From a virus: 64,000 nucleotides of DNA. Shown here piece by piece: positions 17,853 to 28,092 of the stretch (position 1 is the first letter of the stretch; every line of letters begins with the position of its first letter). The notes under the pieces were generated by a model. It was not told the DNA's origin. It saw only the letters and a list, made by a program, of their open reading frames with translations, and did not search any database. The stretch covers positions 1-64,000 of the IMG/VR virus record IMGVR_UViG_3300037089_000251; one strand, given 5' to 3'. A program made the position numbers and the translations under genes.

Positions 17853-20678
17853 ATGGCGAATCAAATCAGGAACATCGCACAAACCGTGCAGGAAAGGGAG
17901 ATAATCAAGACCGCTCCCGACGTGGTCATCTACGTCGAGGGCAGGCCCTATCTCATCAACCCCTACATCAACCTCAAGAGTTCCAAGAACCAGTCGGACG
18001 GGCAGTACACCATCGTCCCCTTCAACGACTATGTGGACTCCTTCACCGTCGCCTACCAAGTGGACAACCTGATTCCCTCGGGGAGCTTTACCATGTCTGT
18101 CCCCGCCGCCCAGAAGTACCTCTTCTTGGCTCCGGGGGGAAACAATATCATTGAGCCGATGCAGCAGGTGCAGGTCTTCGCCAAGGGATACTTCCCTTCC
18201 CAGAACGGGAACACTCTCTACTACCGGGTCTTCAAGGGTCTCATCAGCAGCGTCTCACATTCGGACACAGGCACCTCCGTGCAGATTTCCGTTAGCTGCC
18301 TCGGGATGCTCCACTTCCTCGACCTGATGTACGTTGACCTCTCCCCGGCGAACATGACCAACTCCCCGCTTGGCCCCACGGCCTTCAGCACCAACCAATA
18401 CTCGATGAACCCCTACCAGATGCTTGCCGACACCTTCCTGCGTGCCGTCACCCCGGAGGGATTCCAGCTAGCCTCCATCCAGCAGGACAACATTCAGAAT
18501 AACACCTCCGACTGGGCGGATGCCGTCAAGGCTGGGTACATAAACCGCTGGCAGATAATCCTTACCAACATCATGCGGGATGTTCGCATCCTCGGGTATG
18601 CCGTGCAGGATGCCACCAAGACCAACCCCACCGGCACCGAACTGGAAGGGTACGACCCGAGCCTCTACCATGAGACCTTTACCAAGGAGTCTGACGACGC
18701 ACTGGGGCAGATGGCCTTGAACATGCGCTCCGCCCAGAACAGCCGGGTTCCGCAGAAGTCGGTCATCGACCAGAAGAACGATGCCAGCTTCTATGTGGAC
18801 ATCATGAGGAAATATCTTCCCGACTACAGCATCGGGAACCTTCAGCTTATCGGCGGGAAGATTGTGTCCCGCACGGAGCGCCTGCGCACCGTGGTCAACC
18901 TCATCGCCTACGAGGGTTATCAGGACCTCGACGGGGCAATCATCTTCAAGCCACCGTTCTACAACCTCGATGTGAACAATGACAACCTCGGGACGCTCCC
19001 CAACCTGTCCGGCACGGCGACCTCCGGGACCTCCGGGGCGCTGAGCGCAGCCAGCTATATCCGTCCCAATGCCAATCCCTTCGTAGTCTACCTCAGCGAG
19101 ATAGAGAACGAGACAGAGACGGAGGACGAGGGCAACGTCCGGGCCACCCGCATGCAGATTCAGCCTGACTGGCTCTCAGAGTTCCACGGGCTGGGGGACT
19201 CCTCCAACATCCTCCCCATTGCCGACCACATTGACATCCCCAAGCTTGCCAAGTTTGGTCTCCGGGAGCAGCCCCCACGCCAGCTTTCGTATTTGGCGGC
19301 GGGTGACAAGCTCTATATGTATGCCTATGCAGTCAGCGAGCTTAACCGTGCCAACCGAGGCTACCGGACATACTCTTTCACCATTCCTATCCGGCCGGAG
19401 CTTCGTCTTGGCTTCCCGATGTACATCCCGCACCGGGACATGTACGGGTACATCAACAGCATAAACATCTCCTATCAGCAGGCTGGCACCGCCACGATGC
19501 ACATCACCCTCGACACGCTGCGGAAGCGCCTCCTTGTTCCTGGGTACACCGATATAACCGACGAAAAGGGACAGCAGAAGAAGGTCATCACCTACCAGAG
19601 CCAGCCGAACTTGGTGATGCAGTGGACGGTGCCCCCCGGCAGCAGCCCCAACCCGACCCCGGCGACACCCGCCACTCCCCCGCCCCTTCCCGCCACGGTG
19701 GTACCGGCGACAGGGGGTTATAGCAACCCCGCCGCCAGCAAGGGGGGTACGGGAGCCTCGGTAGTCGGGAAGATATCCAGCAATCCCGTGGTCAACCAAG
19801 TCAATAACCCCGCCACGATACCCCAAGTGGAAAAGACCCCGTTCCACCCGCAGGAGTGGGAGTACATCATGCACCAGAAGGAGAAGCTGGGGTCGTTGTT
19901 TGCCACCAGGTTCGATACCAAGACCAAGAGCTTCCGGGTGCAGAACGACAAGGCCACGGCCGACGACGCCAAGGGGATAGCAGACAGTGGCTCTACCTCC
20001 TCCACAGGCATTCAAGTGGGTCAGCCGTTCTTCAGCAAGGACAACTGGGGGGAGGGCATAAACATCTGGTACTACCACAAGATACTTACCACCCAGCCCT
20101 ACACGGACGAGAAGGGCTACGAGGTCATCACCCCCTTCCCATGGGGAAGGTGGCAGGATGTGAACACCGCCATCCGGGAGTCCCGCTTGGGTATCCTGTC
20201 GAACACCGCCAATATCCAAGGGGCGGGCAATGTGCAGGCTATGAACGTGTTCCTGTTCGCAGGGCTGGCTACCCCCAATTCCGGTGACATAACCACGGCG
20301 CTTAACACGGCGCTTAGCTCGGGGCTGGGCGTTACCGTCAACGGGTTGCCTGCCACGGGCTACGACTCGGTGGAGCTTGACTCCGTCATCGAGCTTGTCA
20401 CCCCGCAGCCGGGGGATGTCGGGAGCGACGATGCCCTGACCAACTATACGCAGCCGGACATGCAGAAGCAGTCGGCTATATCCGACATCACCAACATCCA
20501 GCAGAGGATTAACACCTTTATCACGGGCGGGGCAACGCTTCCCGACAGCCAGCCCTTGAAGGGGGCGAAGAGCATCGTGACCCCCAGCCCGACCGCCCCG
20601 GCGCTCAGAACCCCAGGTGCCCCGTTCACCATACCCGCAGCGGAGCCGGGGAGCGGGGACGAGCCGATAGCAGGATAG
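17853..20678 (+). CDS. Baseplate hub-like protein
   Basis: RVFKGLISSVSHS, YQDLDGAIIFKPPFYN, TIPIRPELRLGFP; position in the module. Confidence 0.65.
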   Translation: MANQIRNIAQTVQEREIIKTAPDVVIYVEGRPYLINPYINLKSSKNQSDGQYTIVPFNDYVDSFTVAYQVDNLIPSGSFTMSVPAAQKYLFLAPGGNNIIEPMQQVQVFAKGYFPSQNGNTLYYRVFKGLISSVSHSDTGTSVQISVSCLGMLHFLDLMYVDLSPANMTNSPLGPTAFSTNQYSMNPYQMLADTFLRAVTPEGFQLASIQQDNIQNNTSDWADAVKAGYINRWQIILTNIMRDVRILGYAVQDATKTNPTGTELEGYDPSLYHETFTKESDDALGQMALNMRSAQNSRVPQKSVIDQKNDASFYVDIMRKYLPDYSIGNLQLIGGKIVSRTERLRTVVNLIAYEGYQDLDGAIIFKPPFYNLDVNNDNLGTLPNLSGTATSGTSGALSAASYIRPNANPFVVYLSEIENETETEDEGNVRATRMQIQPDWLSEFHGLGDSSNILPIADHIDIPKLAKFGLREQPPRQLSYLAAGDKLYMYAYAVSELNRANRGYRTYSFTIPIRPELRLGFPMYIPHRDMYGYINSINISYQQAGTATMHITLDTLRKRLLVPGYTDITDEKGQQKKVITYQSQPNLVMQWTVPPGSSPNPTPATPATPPPLPATVVPATGGYSNPAASKGGTGASVVGKISSNPVVNQVNNPATIPQVEKTPFHPQEWEYIMHQKEKLGSLFATRFDTKTKSFRVQNDKATADDAKGIADSGSTSSTGIQVGQPFFSKDNWGEGINIWYYHKILTTQPYTDEKGYEVITPFPWGRWQDVNTAIRESRLGILSNTANIQGAGNVQAMNVFLFAGLATPNSGDITTALNTALSSGLGVTVNGLPATGYDSVELDSVIELVTPQPGDVGSDDALTNYTQPDMQKQSAISDITNIQQRINTFITGGATLPDSQPLKGAKSIVTPSPTAPALRTPGAPFTIPAAEPGSGDEPIAG

Positions 20679-20679
20679 C

Positions 20680-22998
20680 ATGAGAGTAGACTACAAGCCG
20701 CCGATGTCCGAGCACACCAGGGATATGGAGCAGTTCGGTGTGTTCATCGGAACCGTCATGTCCGTTGACTGGGAGAGGCAAGTCTGTTCCGTCGAGGACC
20801 TGCGTTCACGCTACGTCTACCGTGAGGTCGGGCTTTTCCCGGCAGCCCATAGCACCTTTGAGTCCACCGATGTTCAGATGCCCGAGGAAGGGTCCACCTG
20901 CCTCTGCGTGCCTGTCAACTATGTCGGCGGGCATGCCCAGATAGCCATCATGACATGGGTCGTGTCCCACACCAAGACTGCCGTGGACTCCATCGCCCGC
21001 AAGGACTACGAGAGCATCCCCGGCCTCAATGCCCGCAAGCGGGGCAACTACCGCAAGGCTTGGTCCGGCGACCATGCCGTCTCCACCTCGCAGGGCTACA
21101 CGGAAAAGACGGATACCGGGTGGGACAGGTCGTCCCGTGGCTTCGACAGGGAGGACGTGGATGCCTCCCGGCGCACATGGAAGACCGTCACCTCCCGTCA
21201 GGTCAGCTATTCCGACGCCGGTCTGACCTTTGAGGGGCCAGCCGTCCGCCCGGACGCCAGCAACATCAACCCTTCGGTGATGATGGACGGCTCCCGTGAA
21301 TACGCCCTCTACCTACAGCCGGGGGCGCAGCTTTCCGACCGGTACCTCAACGGCCAGAAGGATGTGACCCCGTTCTCCGAGAGCGTCACCCGTGTGCAGG
21401 AGTTCGCCCTCGACTACCCCCTGCCCCCGGAGGTATTGCAGACCAGCCTCATCGACAGCATCCTCGGAACCACCCAGAATCCTTGGACCCGGACTACCGT
21501 CAAGGCACAGGGCAAGTTCCAGGTCGATAGCACCACCTATTTCGCCAACCAAGACTTTGACCATCCGACCAACAACCAGGTGCCTCCCCTTGGTCCCACC
21601 CTGAACGAGGGACCGACGCCCCTGCGCAAGGGCTTCATCGTCGAGCGCAGCGAGGGCACGCTGGTGGGGTTCAACCGCTTTGACCAAGTCACCTACGGGC
21701 AGGTCCTCAAGCCCGTCCTCTCCCCCCTCACCGGGCTGGGGACGCCTACCAACGGGCGCTTCGGGGCCAACTTCACCAGCGGCTACATCCCGGTGGTGGA
21801 TACCGAGCCGGACCACATCGAGGCACGCCTTGCCGCCTCCTGCCATTCCGTCAGGTTCCCGAGCGAATACAACACCACCCGCTGGGATGTCTCCAAGGAG
21901 GGCATGCTGACCTTCGAGATTGGCAGCACCATGCCCAAGGAGAACATCCAGTTCCTCCCGGCCAATGCCTACGAGCACCCGCACGGGGCGGGCAGGAGCG
22001 TGGAGGGGCACCTCGTGGGCAGCCTCAAGCTGGTCATCGGCAAGAACCGGGACGAGGAGGATGCCATCGACCTACAGGCGCTCGGCCAGTCGGTCCTGCG
22101 CCTCGGGTGCGACGATGCCAGCCTGCCGGATGCAGGCAGGTCCATAAAGACCCAGATACGGGGCAGCAATGACGCCTCCCAGCAACGAACGATGCAGTAC
22201 TGGGCTTCCCCCAAGTTTGGCCTTGGGGACCCCGTCAATCTGGCAAACAAGCAGGGCATGGAGCGGGTCAGCATCAGGATGGCCACAGATGGCTCGGTCG
22301 TCGCCCGGCTGGGCGGCAGGGCGGACAATTCTACCCTTAGCGTCCCAGTTCTCCGCCGTCACCTCATCAACGGCTACTCGGACCCGCAGGGCATCCAGTT
22401 TGACCCGAGCGCCCAGAACTCCCACAGCCCCGGTCGTCCGGCATACGCTGCGGGGGATGCCTCCTACCGCTTCCATGACCTCAGCACGGCGGGTCAGCCG
22501 GTCCTTAACTTCGTCCCGTACAATGCCTGGCTGGGGAACCCCGTCCTGCCGAGCATGGACGCCCATGGGATGTCCTTGGACCTCCATGCCGTCCGGGACA
22601 TCCTCCTGCGCATCGGCAAGAACCCGTCCTCGGGGCAGTCTCTCCTCCTCGACCTAAACGGGGGAATCGTGGTTGCGGCCGGTGCGGACAACCAAGGACG
22701 CTCCCTCACTGGGGCGCTGGACGGCGGCATCGAGCTTACGGTCGGACAGAGCAGCGCCAAGAAGGGGTTGCGCTTGGAGATAAACGGGGACGTGGACTGG
22801 GTGGTGAAGGGGAACTTCCACCATCATGTCACGGGGGACTATATCCTTGAATGCACCAACTTCCGGCAGGTCACCAAGCTTGACCATGTGGTGACAGCCC
22901 AGAACGTCAATCATACGGCTCTGTCGGCGCATGTCGTGAACTCCCCGCAGATTCTCAAGAACTCGGGAACCACGACTATGCAGACAACAGGATACTAG
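20680..22998 (+). CDS. Baseplate central spike (gp5/gpV-like)
   Basis: N-terminal OB-fold pattern (GTVMSVD...MPEEGSTC); C-terminal beta-helix-like VKGNFHHHVTGDY. Confidence 0.65.
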   Translation: MRVDYKPPMSEHTRDMEQFGVFIGTVMSVDWERQVCSVEDLRSRYVYREVGLFPAAHSTFESTDVQMPEEGSTCLCVPVNYVGGHAQIAIMTWVVSHTKTAVDSIARKDYESIPGLNARKRGNYRKAWSGDHAVSTSQGYTEKTDTGWDRSSRGFDREDVDASRRTWKTVTSRQVSYSDAGLTFEGPAVRPDASNINPSVMMDGSREYALYLQPGAQLSDRYLNGQKDVTPFSESVTRVQEFALDYPLPPEVLQTSLIDSILGTTQNPWTRTTVKAQGKFQVDSTTYFANQDFDHPTNNQVPPLGPTLNEGPTPLRKGFIVERSEGTLVGFNRFDQVTYGQVLKPVLSPLTGLGTPTNGRFGANFTSGYIPVVDTEPDHIEARLAASCHSVRFPSEYNTTRWDVSKEGMLTFEIGSTMPKENIQFLPANAYEHPHGAGRSVEGHLVGSLKLVIGKNRDEEDAIDLQALGQSVLRLGCDDASLPDAGRSIKTQIRGSNDASQQRTMQYWASPKFGLGDPVNLANKQGMERVSIRMATDGSVVARLGGRADNSTLSVPVLRRHLINGYSDPQGIQFDPSAQNSHSPGRPAYAAGDASYRFHDLSTAGQPVLNFVPYNAWLGNPVLPSMDAHGMSLDLHAVRDILLRIGKNPSSGQSLLLDLNGGIVVAAGADNQGRSLTGALDGGIELTVGQSSAKKGLRLEINGDVDWVVKGNFHHHVTGDYILECTNFRQVTKLDHVVTAQNVNHTALSAHVVNSPQILKNSGTTTMQTTGY

Positions 22999-23000
22999 GT

Positions 23001-26000
23001 ATGGGTGGATTCACAACACAGCTACAAGCCGCAGAACTCTGGCCGATTCGTGCCAAGAAGGCAGTCACCAACTGGCACCCCCTCGGTGACCCAAGGGTGG
23101 AGAAGAACTACCATGCCGCCTTGGAGGACGGCAGGGAACTCCAGAAGTCCATCACCGACGCCAACAACTGGCTGATGGAGGAGAAGAAGCACGCCCTCGA
23201 CCATATCCAGCAGCTTTTCAACCATGTCAAGATAGGCACGGACGGCAAGCTGGACAACCCCGTCCGGGCGATAAAGTACGGGTATGACATCATCAACTTC
23301 ATGCAGCAGGTCTCGACATTCCAAGGGAATGTCATCAAGCTCATCCAAGCATTGACGCAGAACATCGGCATCCTCCAGTCCATGGAGGCTAATATCCTTG
23401 CAATGGTGCAGGAGAACCTCAATGCCGTGGCGAGCCTCCTCCACGACATCTGCAACTGGGGACTCCCAGACCTTCCTGCCATTCCCAACCTCTTCTCGGA
23501 CAATATCTGGAACTGGAACGGGTTCAACTTCTTCCCGCTGGCGTCCTTCATCCCGCACCCGAACTTTGACACCAACTTCTCCTTCGGGCAGTGCAATGTC
23601 CATCTCCCGAATGTGGATGTCCTGAGGAACTTCCCGTCCACCGTCAACTCCTACAACGGGCTTACCTATGGGGCACCGCCCATCGTCCCGCCGCTCGGCG
23701 GCATCATCCCGAACACCGGGGTGAACCTAAGCACCGGTCCATTTTTCCAGAAGATGCAGACCACGACGGACACGCCATACTACACCGTTGACCCCTCCTA
23801 TGCCCATCCGTTCAACCCCTTCACCTCGATGCAGGGAAGCCTTCCCGACCCCCAGACGGTCATCAGCAAGTACCAGATGCCCCCGGCGACCTATGCGGCG
23901 AACATCCTGAGTGCAGTCCCCAGCCTGCTCCCCGATGTATTGAACCAAGTCCCGGCCACCCTGCGCAAGGACCTCATCCGGTATGTCACGCTCGGTCAGG
24001 TGGTTTCCAGCAACTTCGACCCCAACCTGACGGCGGCGTGGATTTTCTACGTGAGCGGGGCACGCAACAACACGGGCGGAACAGGCAGGCAGGGCCAGTG
24101 GCTCCAGAACTTCGAGGCGGCATTCCAAGCGTATGTTCAGCCGTCCGTGAGCTACCTCGGGAGCAACCCCGTGCCTTGGAATGCGGTTCTTCCCGGAACC
24201 ACGCTCAGCGCCGGACCAACCGGCCTGCCGTTCATCTCCACCCTGACCTCCCTAGACCCCGAGACGCAGGGCAATGCCCTGTGGAGGCTCTCGTATGTTG
24301 AGGCGGCCATTCTGGGCTACACCCGTGATACCACATGGGACGGGTTCGCCGACAACAACTATGTGGGGACGTTCACCGGCAAGGACCTCGACTATGCCTC
24401 GCTGGCTATCGTCAAGAGCGAGACGACGACCATCATCCTCGGCGAGGGCACGGCGGCATATCCCGTAACCTGCACCTTCCCTTCCGCCCTCACCAACAAC
24501 CTTGTCCAGGTCATCGCCATGGCAACACCCAGGATTCTCCTGGACACGACGTACCAGAGTCCGCAGCCCCAATACCGCTTCACCTACGACCAGTTTGCCA
24601 TTGCCACGGTGGTGGACAGGTTCAGCCAGTTCTGGCGGGAGTTCAACGGCAACTTGCAGGCGCTCCTCGTGCAGGACCCCTATCTCGTCGGCATCGTGTG
24701 TGCCTACCCGGCGTCCTTGGACTCCGCCATCGACCCGCTCGGGGACCCGACCATCTTCAACACCGTGCAGGCGGACGTAGCCAGCCGTAACCGTACTTGG
24801 GTTCCCGGCTTCCCGCTGCTGCCCTTCCCGACCATCCCCGTCGTGGTCTTCACGACCAACACCACGACCACGCCCGCCGCCAGCGGATGGACCGGCACGA
24901 GCTTTGACCCCGTGGCCTTCCTCTCCCGCCCGGACATCCAAGTACAGCCCATCCCCGTGCAGGCGGCGATGCTCCAGTGCAACATGGCTGCCGCCAGCCT
25001 GATGGCATACGGAACCGCTATCAAGGGGGAGTTTGACGATGCCATAACCCTTGCCCGGCAGCAGGCACAAGCAGCGACGAACTTCGGCTTCCAAGTGGAG
25101 TCCGCCAATGTCATCACCTCCGTCCCACCGGGAAACACCGGGGCACTGGTGGAGTTCGACCAGATTGACTTTGACCAGACAAACTATGTCACCACGACGG
25201 ACACCTTCACCATACAGGCGAGCGGGGCATATGCGGTTACCGGGCAGCTTGTGTGGAGCGGACCCGGCAGCCCGCCGATAGGCGGGGGCGAGGCGGGGGT
25301 GCGCACCGTCACCGTCTATCTAACCCCGATTTCCGGCTCCCCCCCTTACCCGGTTGCCATCCTCACGGCATCGACCCCCAACCAATCTGGTCCCGTGACG
25401 CTGCCGTTCGGGGAGACCGTCAACCTTACTCAAGGGGACATCCTCACGGTCGTGGCGACCCACAGCCTTCCTGATGACCAGTTTGTCGTCGCCGGTAGCC
25501 TCTTCAGCGCCGTCATGTACCAGTCCGCTCCCGATGTCACGCCCCCGATACCGCCGTCCCCCACCTCTGGGGGCACGGCCAACTTCATCGCCTCCGTCAG
25601 CATGCCAGCGCTCACGGCGGTCTATGTTGACCCCTCGGGCGGGGTTTCACCCATCGACCCCACCACGGTCAACCTCAACCCCAGCGGTCTCATCCCCCCG
25701 TTCGCCTACGATGTCTATCCGTATGTTGACGGGATAACTCTTTCGGCCGTGGCGGCTGGCGGGGTCGTGACTGTCGCCATCGGGTATGGCTCCGTCTTCC
25801 AAGTCCCCGGAGCGGGATGGACGCCGGGCGGCCTGCTGTATGCCGGGGTCTTGGGCACTTCCCCCATCACCGACATCGGGTTCGTCACCCAGAACTTCGA
25901 GGGAATCATCCTCCAGCATTGCCAATGGGTCATCGTCGTGGGTCGTGCCCTTGACTCCGAGACCTTCTCGTATGAACCCCACATCCCAACTAGGGTCATT

Positions 26001-26030
26001 TTGTCATGGCCCATGTCTCCCCCGAGCTAG
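23001..26030 (+). CDS. Large virion structural protein with a C1q/TNF-like segment
   Basis: 1009 aa; VEFDQIDFD...TFTIQASGAYAVTGQL. Confidence 0.6.
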   Translation: MGGFTTQLQAAELWPIRAKKAVTNWHPLGDPRVEKNYHAALEDGRELQKSITDANNWLMEEKKHALDHIQQLFNHVKIGTDGKLDNPVRAIKYGYDIINFMQQVSTFQGNVIKLIQALTQNIGILQSMEANILAMVQENLNAVASLLHDICNWGLPDLPAIPNLFSDNIWNWNGFNFFPLASFIPHPNFDTNFSFGQCNVHLPNVDVLRNFPSTVNSYNGLTYGAPPIVPPLGGIIPNTGVNLSTGPFFQKMQTTTDTPYYTVDPSYAHPFNPFTSMQGSLPDPQTVISKYQMPPATYAANILSAVPSLLPDVLNQVPATLRKDLIRYVTLGQVVSSNFDPNLTAAWIFYVSGARNNTGGTGRQGQWLQNFEAAFQAYVQPSVSYLGSNPVPWNAVLPGTTLSAGPTGLPFISTLTSLDPETQGNALWRLSYVEAAILGYTRDTTWDGFADNNYVGTFTGKDLDYASLAIVKSETTTIILGEGTAAYPVTCTFPSALTNNLVQVIAMATPRILLDTTYQSPQPQYRFTYDQFAIATVVDRFSQFWREFNGNLQALLVQDPYLVGIVCAYPASLDSAIDPLGDPTIFNTVQADVASRNRTWVPGFPLLPFPTIPVVVFTTNTTTTPAASGWTGTSFDPVAFLSRPDIQVQPIPVQAAMLQCNMAAASLMAYGTAIKGEFDDAITLARQQAQAATNFGFQVESANVITSVPPGNTGALVEFDQIDFDQTNYVTTTDTFTIQASGAYAVTGQLVWSGPGSPPIGGGEAGVRTVTVYLTPISGSPPYPVAILTASTPNQSGPVTLPFGETVNLTQGDILTVVATHSLPDDQFVVAGSLFSAVMYQSAPDVTPPIPPSPTSGGTANFIASVSMPALTAVYVDPSGGVSPIDPTTVNLNPSGLIPPFAYDVYPYVDGITLSAVAAGGVVTVAIGYGSVFQVPGAGWTPGGLLYAGVLGTSPITDIGFVTQNFEGIILQHCQWVIVVGRALDSETFSYEPHIPTRVILSWPMSPPS

Positions 26031-26154
26031 GAAATTTTTCCTCAAACTTAGTATTGACCAACTATCAGACCTTAAGCATGTGCCTGTTGCCCGGTGTATC
26101 CGGGCGGAAAGGGATAGAGTACTAGGCGTAAAATTCGCAGTAAAAGGAGGAAAT

Positions 26155-26793
26155 TTGAGCATATTAAGGACTATCCTTTTTGCTCTCCTGACGTTCTCTG
26201 GCGTTGCCTTGCCAGCAATGTCGAGACCCGCCGAGGTCAAGTGGGAATCGGTGGGGCAGGCTTCCACGTATGGGAAGGAACGTCAGGGCAAACACACCTC
26301 AAGTGGGGAAGTGTTTGATTATCACAAACTTACAGCCGCCCACAGGACTCTCCCGTTTGGGAGCATTGTCCTCATCACCAACCTGCACAACAACAAACAG
26401 GTCAAAGTCCGTATTAACGACCGTGGACCCGGAATACCCGACAGGGTCATCGACGTTTCCACGGCGGCGGCCCAGCGGCTCGGTTTCAGCGGGCTGACGG
26501 ATGTAAAGATGGACGTTTTGTACTATGGGGAGGTGAAACCTGACTATTTTTACCTCGCCCTTAGCTGCAAGTCCAACCGGAAGCCGTGGGACCCTTGCCG
26601 GTCATACTTTTCAAGGGATACCAGCCTAGCCTTAGTTACGGAGGAAGTGCATGAGAATCTTGATGTTGCAAGACGACCTCTACGGGTATCTTCAGTTCGT
26701 GGTAAAGACCTACGCCCGAGGGGGAATCGACCCAAAGGAGGGACTCGCATTGTATCAATTGGACAAGGCAGTGGGAGCCGCTCGGGCGGTTGA
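26155..26793 (+). CDS. rlpA: RlpA-like (DPBB) lytic transglycosylase with signal peptide
   Basis: GQASTYG, TAAHRTLPFGS, VRINDRGP, IDVS; TTG start after AGGAGG. Confidence 0.85.
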   Translation: MSILRTILFALLTFSGVALPAMSRPAEVKWESVGQASTYGKERQGKHTSSGEVFDYHKLTAAHRTLPFGSIVLITNLHNNKQVKVRINDRGPGIPDRVIDVSTAAAQRLGFSGLTDVKMDVLYYGEVKPDYFYLALSCKSNRKPWDPCRSYFSRDTSLALVTEEVHENLDVARRPLRVSSVRGKDLRPRGNRPKGGTRIVSIGQGSGSRSGG

Positions 26794-26932
26794 CGACACG
26801 CAGGTAGCCAAGCTGGCCACGGACGACTCGGGTAATACCAAGCTCTCCGTGGAGCCAGCCAGCGACGAGACTTGGCCCCTCCAAGAGGTGGAGCACCCCA
26901 GAGTTCCACTTAACGTCACGGAAGAGGGTTAG
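26651..26932 (+). CDS. Hypothetical protein
   Basis: GGAGG RBS, 93 aa; overlaps the 3' end of rlpA. Confidence 0.55.
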   Translation: MRILMLQDDLYGYLQFVVKTYARGGIDPKEGLALYQLDKAVGAARAVDDTQVAKLATDDSGNTKLSVEPASDETWPLQEVEHPRVPLNVTEEG

Positions 26933-27465
26933 CTCAGGCTGCGCTCGAACGCCTTGGCATACCCGGCTATAGCATCAGCACAGTCCAATCCATTGATTAT
27001 CCTGCGAGCGTCGATGTAGTCGCAGGTGGTGTCATGGATATACCTGCCGAAACCAACTCCGGTAAATGTCCCGTGAACCATGCCGTAGGCGGCTATCTTG
27101 TAGGCGATGGAGGGGTTGAGGGCGTATTCCGGGTGGTTGACCAAGTCCTCTCCCACCAGTGTCGAGAACTTCTGGTAGTTACCCTTCCAGGTTATCTGGA
27201 CATAACCCCTTCCGTAATAGACCTTTCCGGTTATGGGGTCGGGGGTGCCATAGGGCTTCCCTGACCCATGTCCAACCTCCTCCACCGGGGCAAAAGTGTA
27301 CCCGGTCTCATGCCGGGTGGTCGCCAGCAGGTATGCGACCCACCTCTGGTCCTTAAGGCTGTCGTCGGCGGCGATGAAACCAAGAAGCTGACGGAGATTG
27401 GCTTCGTGCCCCAGCGGTGGCCACGGATAGGCGGCAACAATCTGGTCTATCGTCTTTGTGAGCAT
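26929..27465 (-). CDS. GH19 family endolysin
   Basis: YLLATTRHETG, YYGRGYVQITWKGNY, ARRIING. Confidence 0.9.
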   Translation of the reverse strand: MLTKTIDQIVAAYPWPPLGHEANLRQLLGFIAADDSLKDQRWVAYLLATTRHETGYTFAPVEEVGHGSGKPYGTPDPITGKVYYGRGYVQITWKGNYQKFSTLVGEDLVNHPEYALNPSIAYKIAAYGMVHGTFTGVGFGRYIHDTTCDYIDARRIINGLDCADAIAGYAKAFERSLS

Positions 27466-27476
27466 TTGGAAACTCC

Positions 27477-28034
27477 TTATACCGCCACGTCAAGGTAGGC
27501 GGAATCGGTTGAAAAGTCTATGTTTACCACCAAGGTGCTGGCTTTTCCAGAGGGAGGGGACAGCCCGATGTCCTCCGCTCCGGGGTCGGGGTTGTAGACT
27601 ACCGATATGACCCCGTTGGCATACGCCAGCCCAGAGGGGGTGAATCCGATGGGGGCATCGGCGGGATAGTTGGGGTTGTTGAGGGCAAAGTTGTCGGCCA
27701 GAAGCAGGGAGTTGCCCAAGAGGAAGGTCATCCAGAGGTTCAGTGCCCTGGTGCTCTCGTCCAAGATGGTGAGGCTCGCCCTCCCGAGGAGGATGAGACC
27801 ATAAGAGGGGAACGGGGCGGAGGAGCCACGATATAAACCCTCCCCCTCGGCATACCAAGAGGCAACGACGGGAGGAGAAAGGTCCTCAACACCGTTGGTG
27901 TAATGCGAGCCGTTGAAGGCAAACCCGGTATGTCCATTATCCTCAGGGAAGTAGAAACTGTCGCTGTCGGCTATCTGCACAAGGGCAGTGGCCACGACCG
28001 GTTGCGAGATGTAGTTGTAAGGAACGACTGCCAT
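27477..28034 (-). CDS. Hypothetical (probable virion) protein
   Basis: 185 aa, beta-rich; composition like the structural genes. Confidence 0.6.
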   Translation of the reverse strand: MAVVPYNYISQPVVATALVQIADSDSFYFPEDNGHTGFAFNGSHYTNGVEDLSPPVVASWYAEGEGLYRGSSAPFPSYGLILLGRASLTILDESTRALNLWMTFLLGNSLLLADNFALNNPNYPADAPIGFTPSGLAYANGVISVVYNPDPGAEDIGLSPPSGKASTLVVNIDFSTDSAYLDVAV

Positions 28035-28092
28035 CCTGAATCCTCTGACTTTCCCCTACTAAGTAGATGAGAAGTCAGGGCGCAGGTGAATA

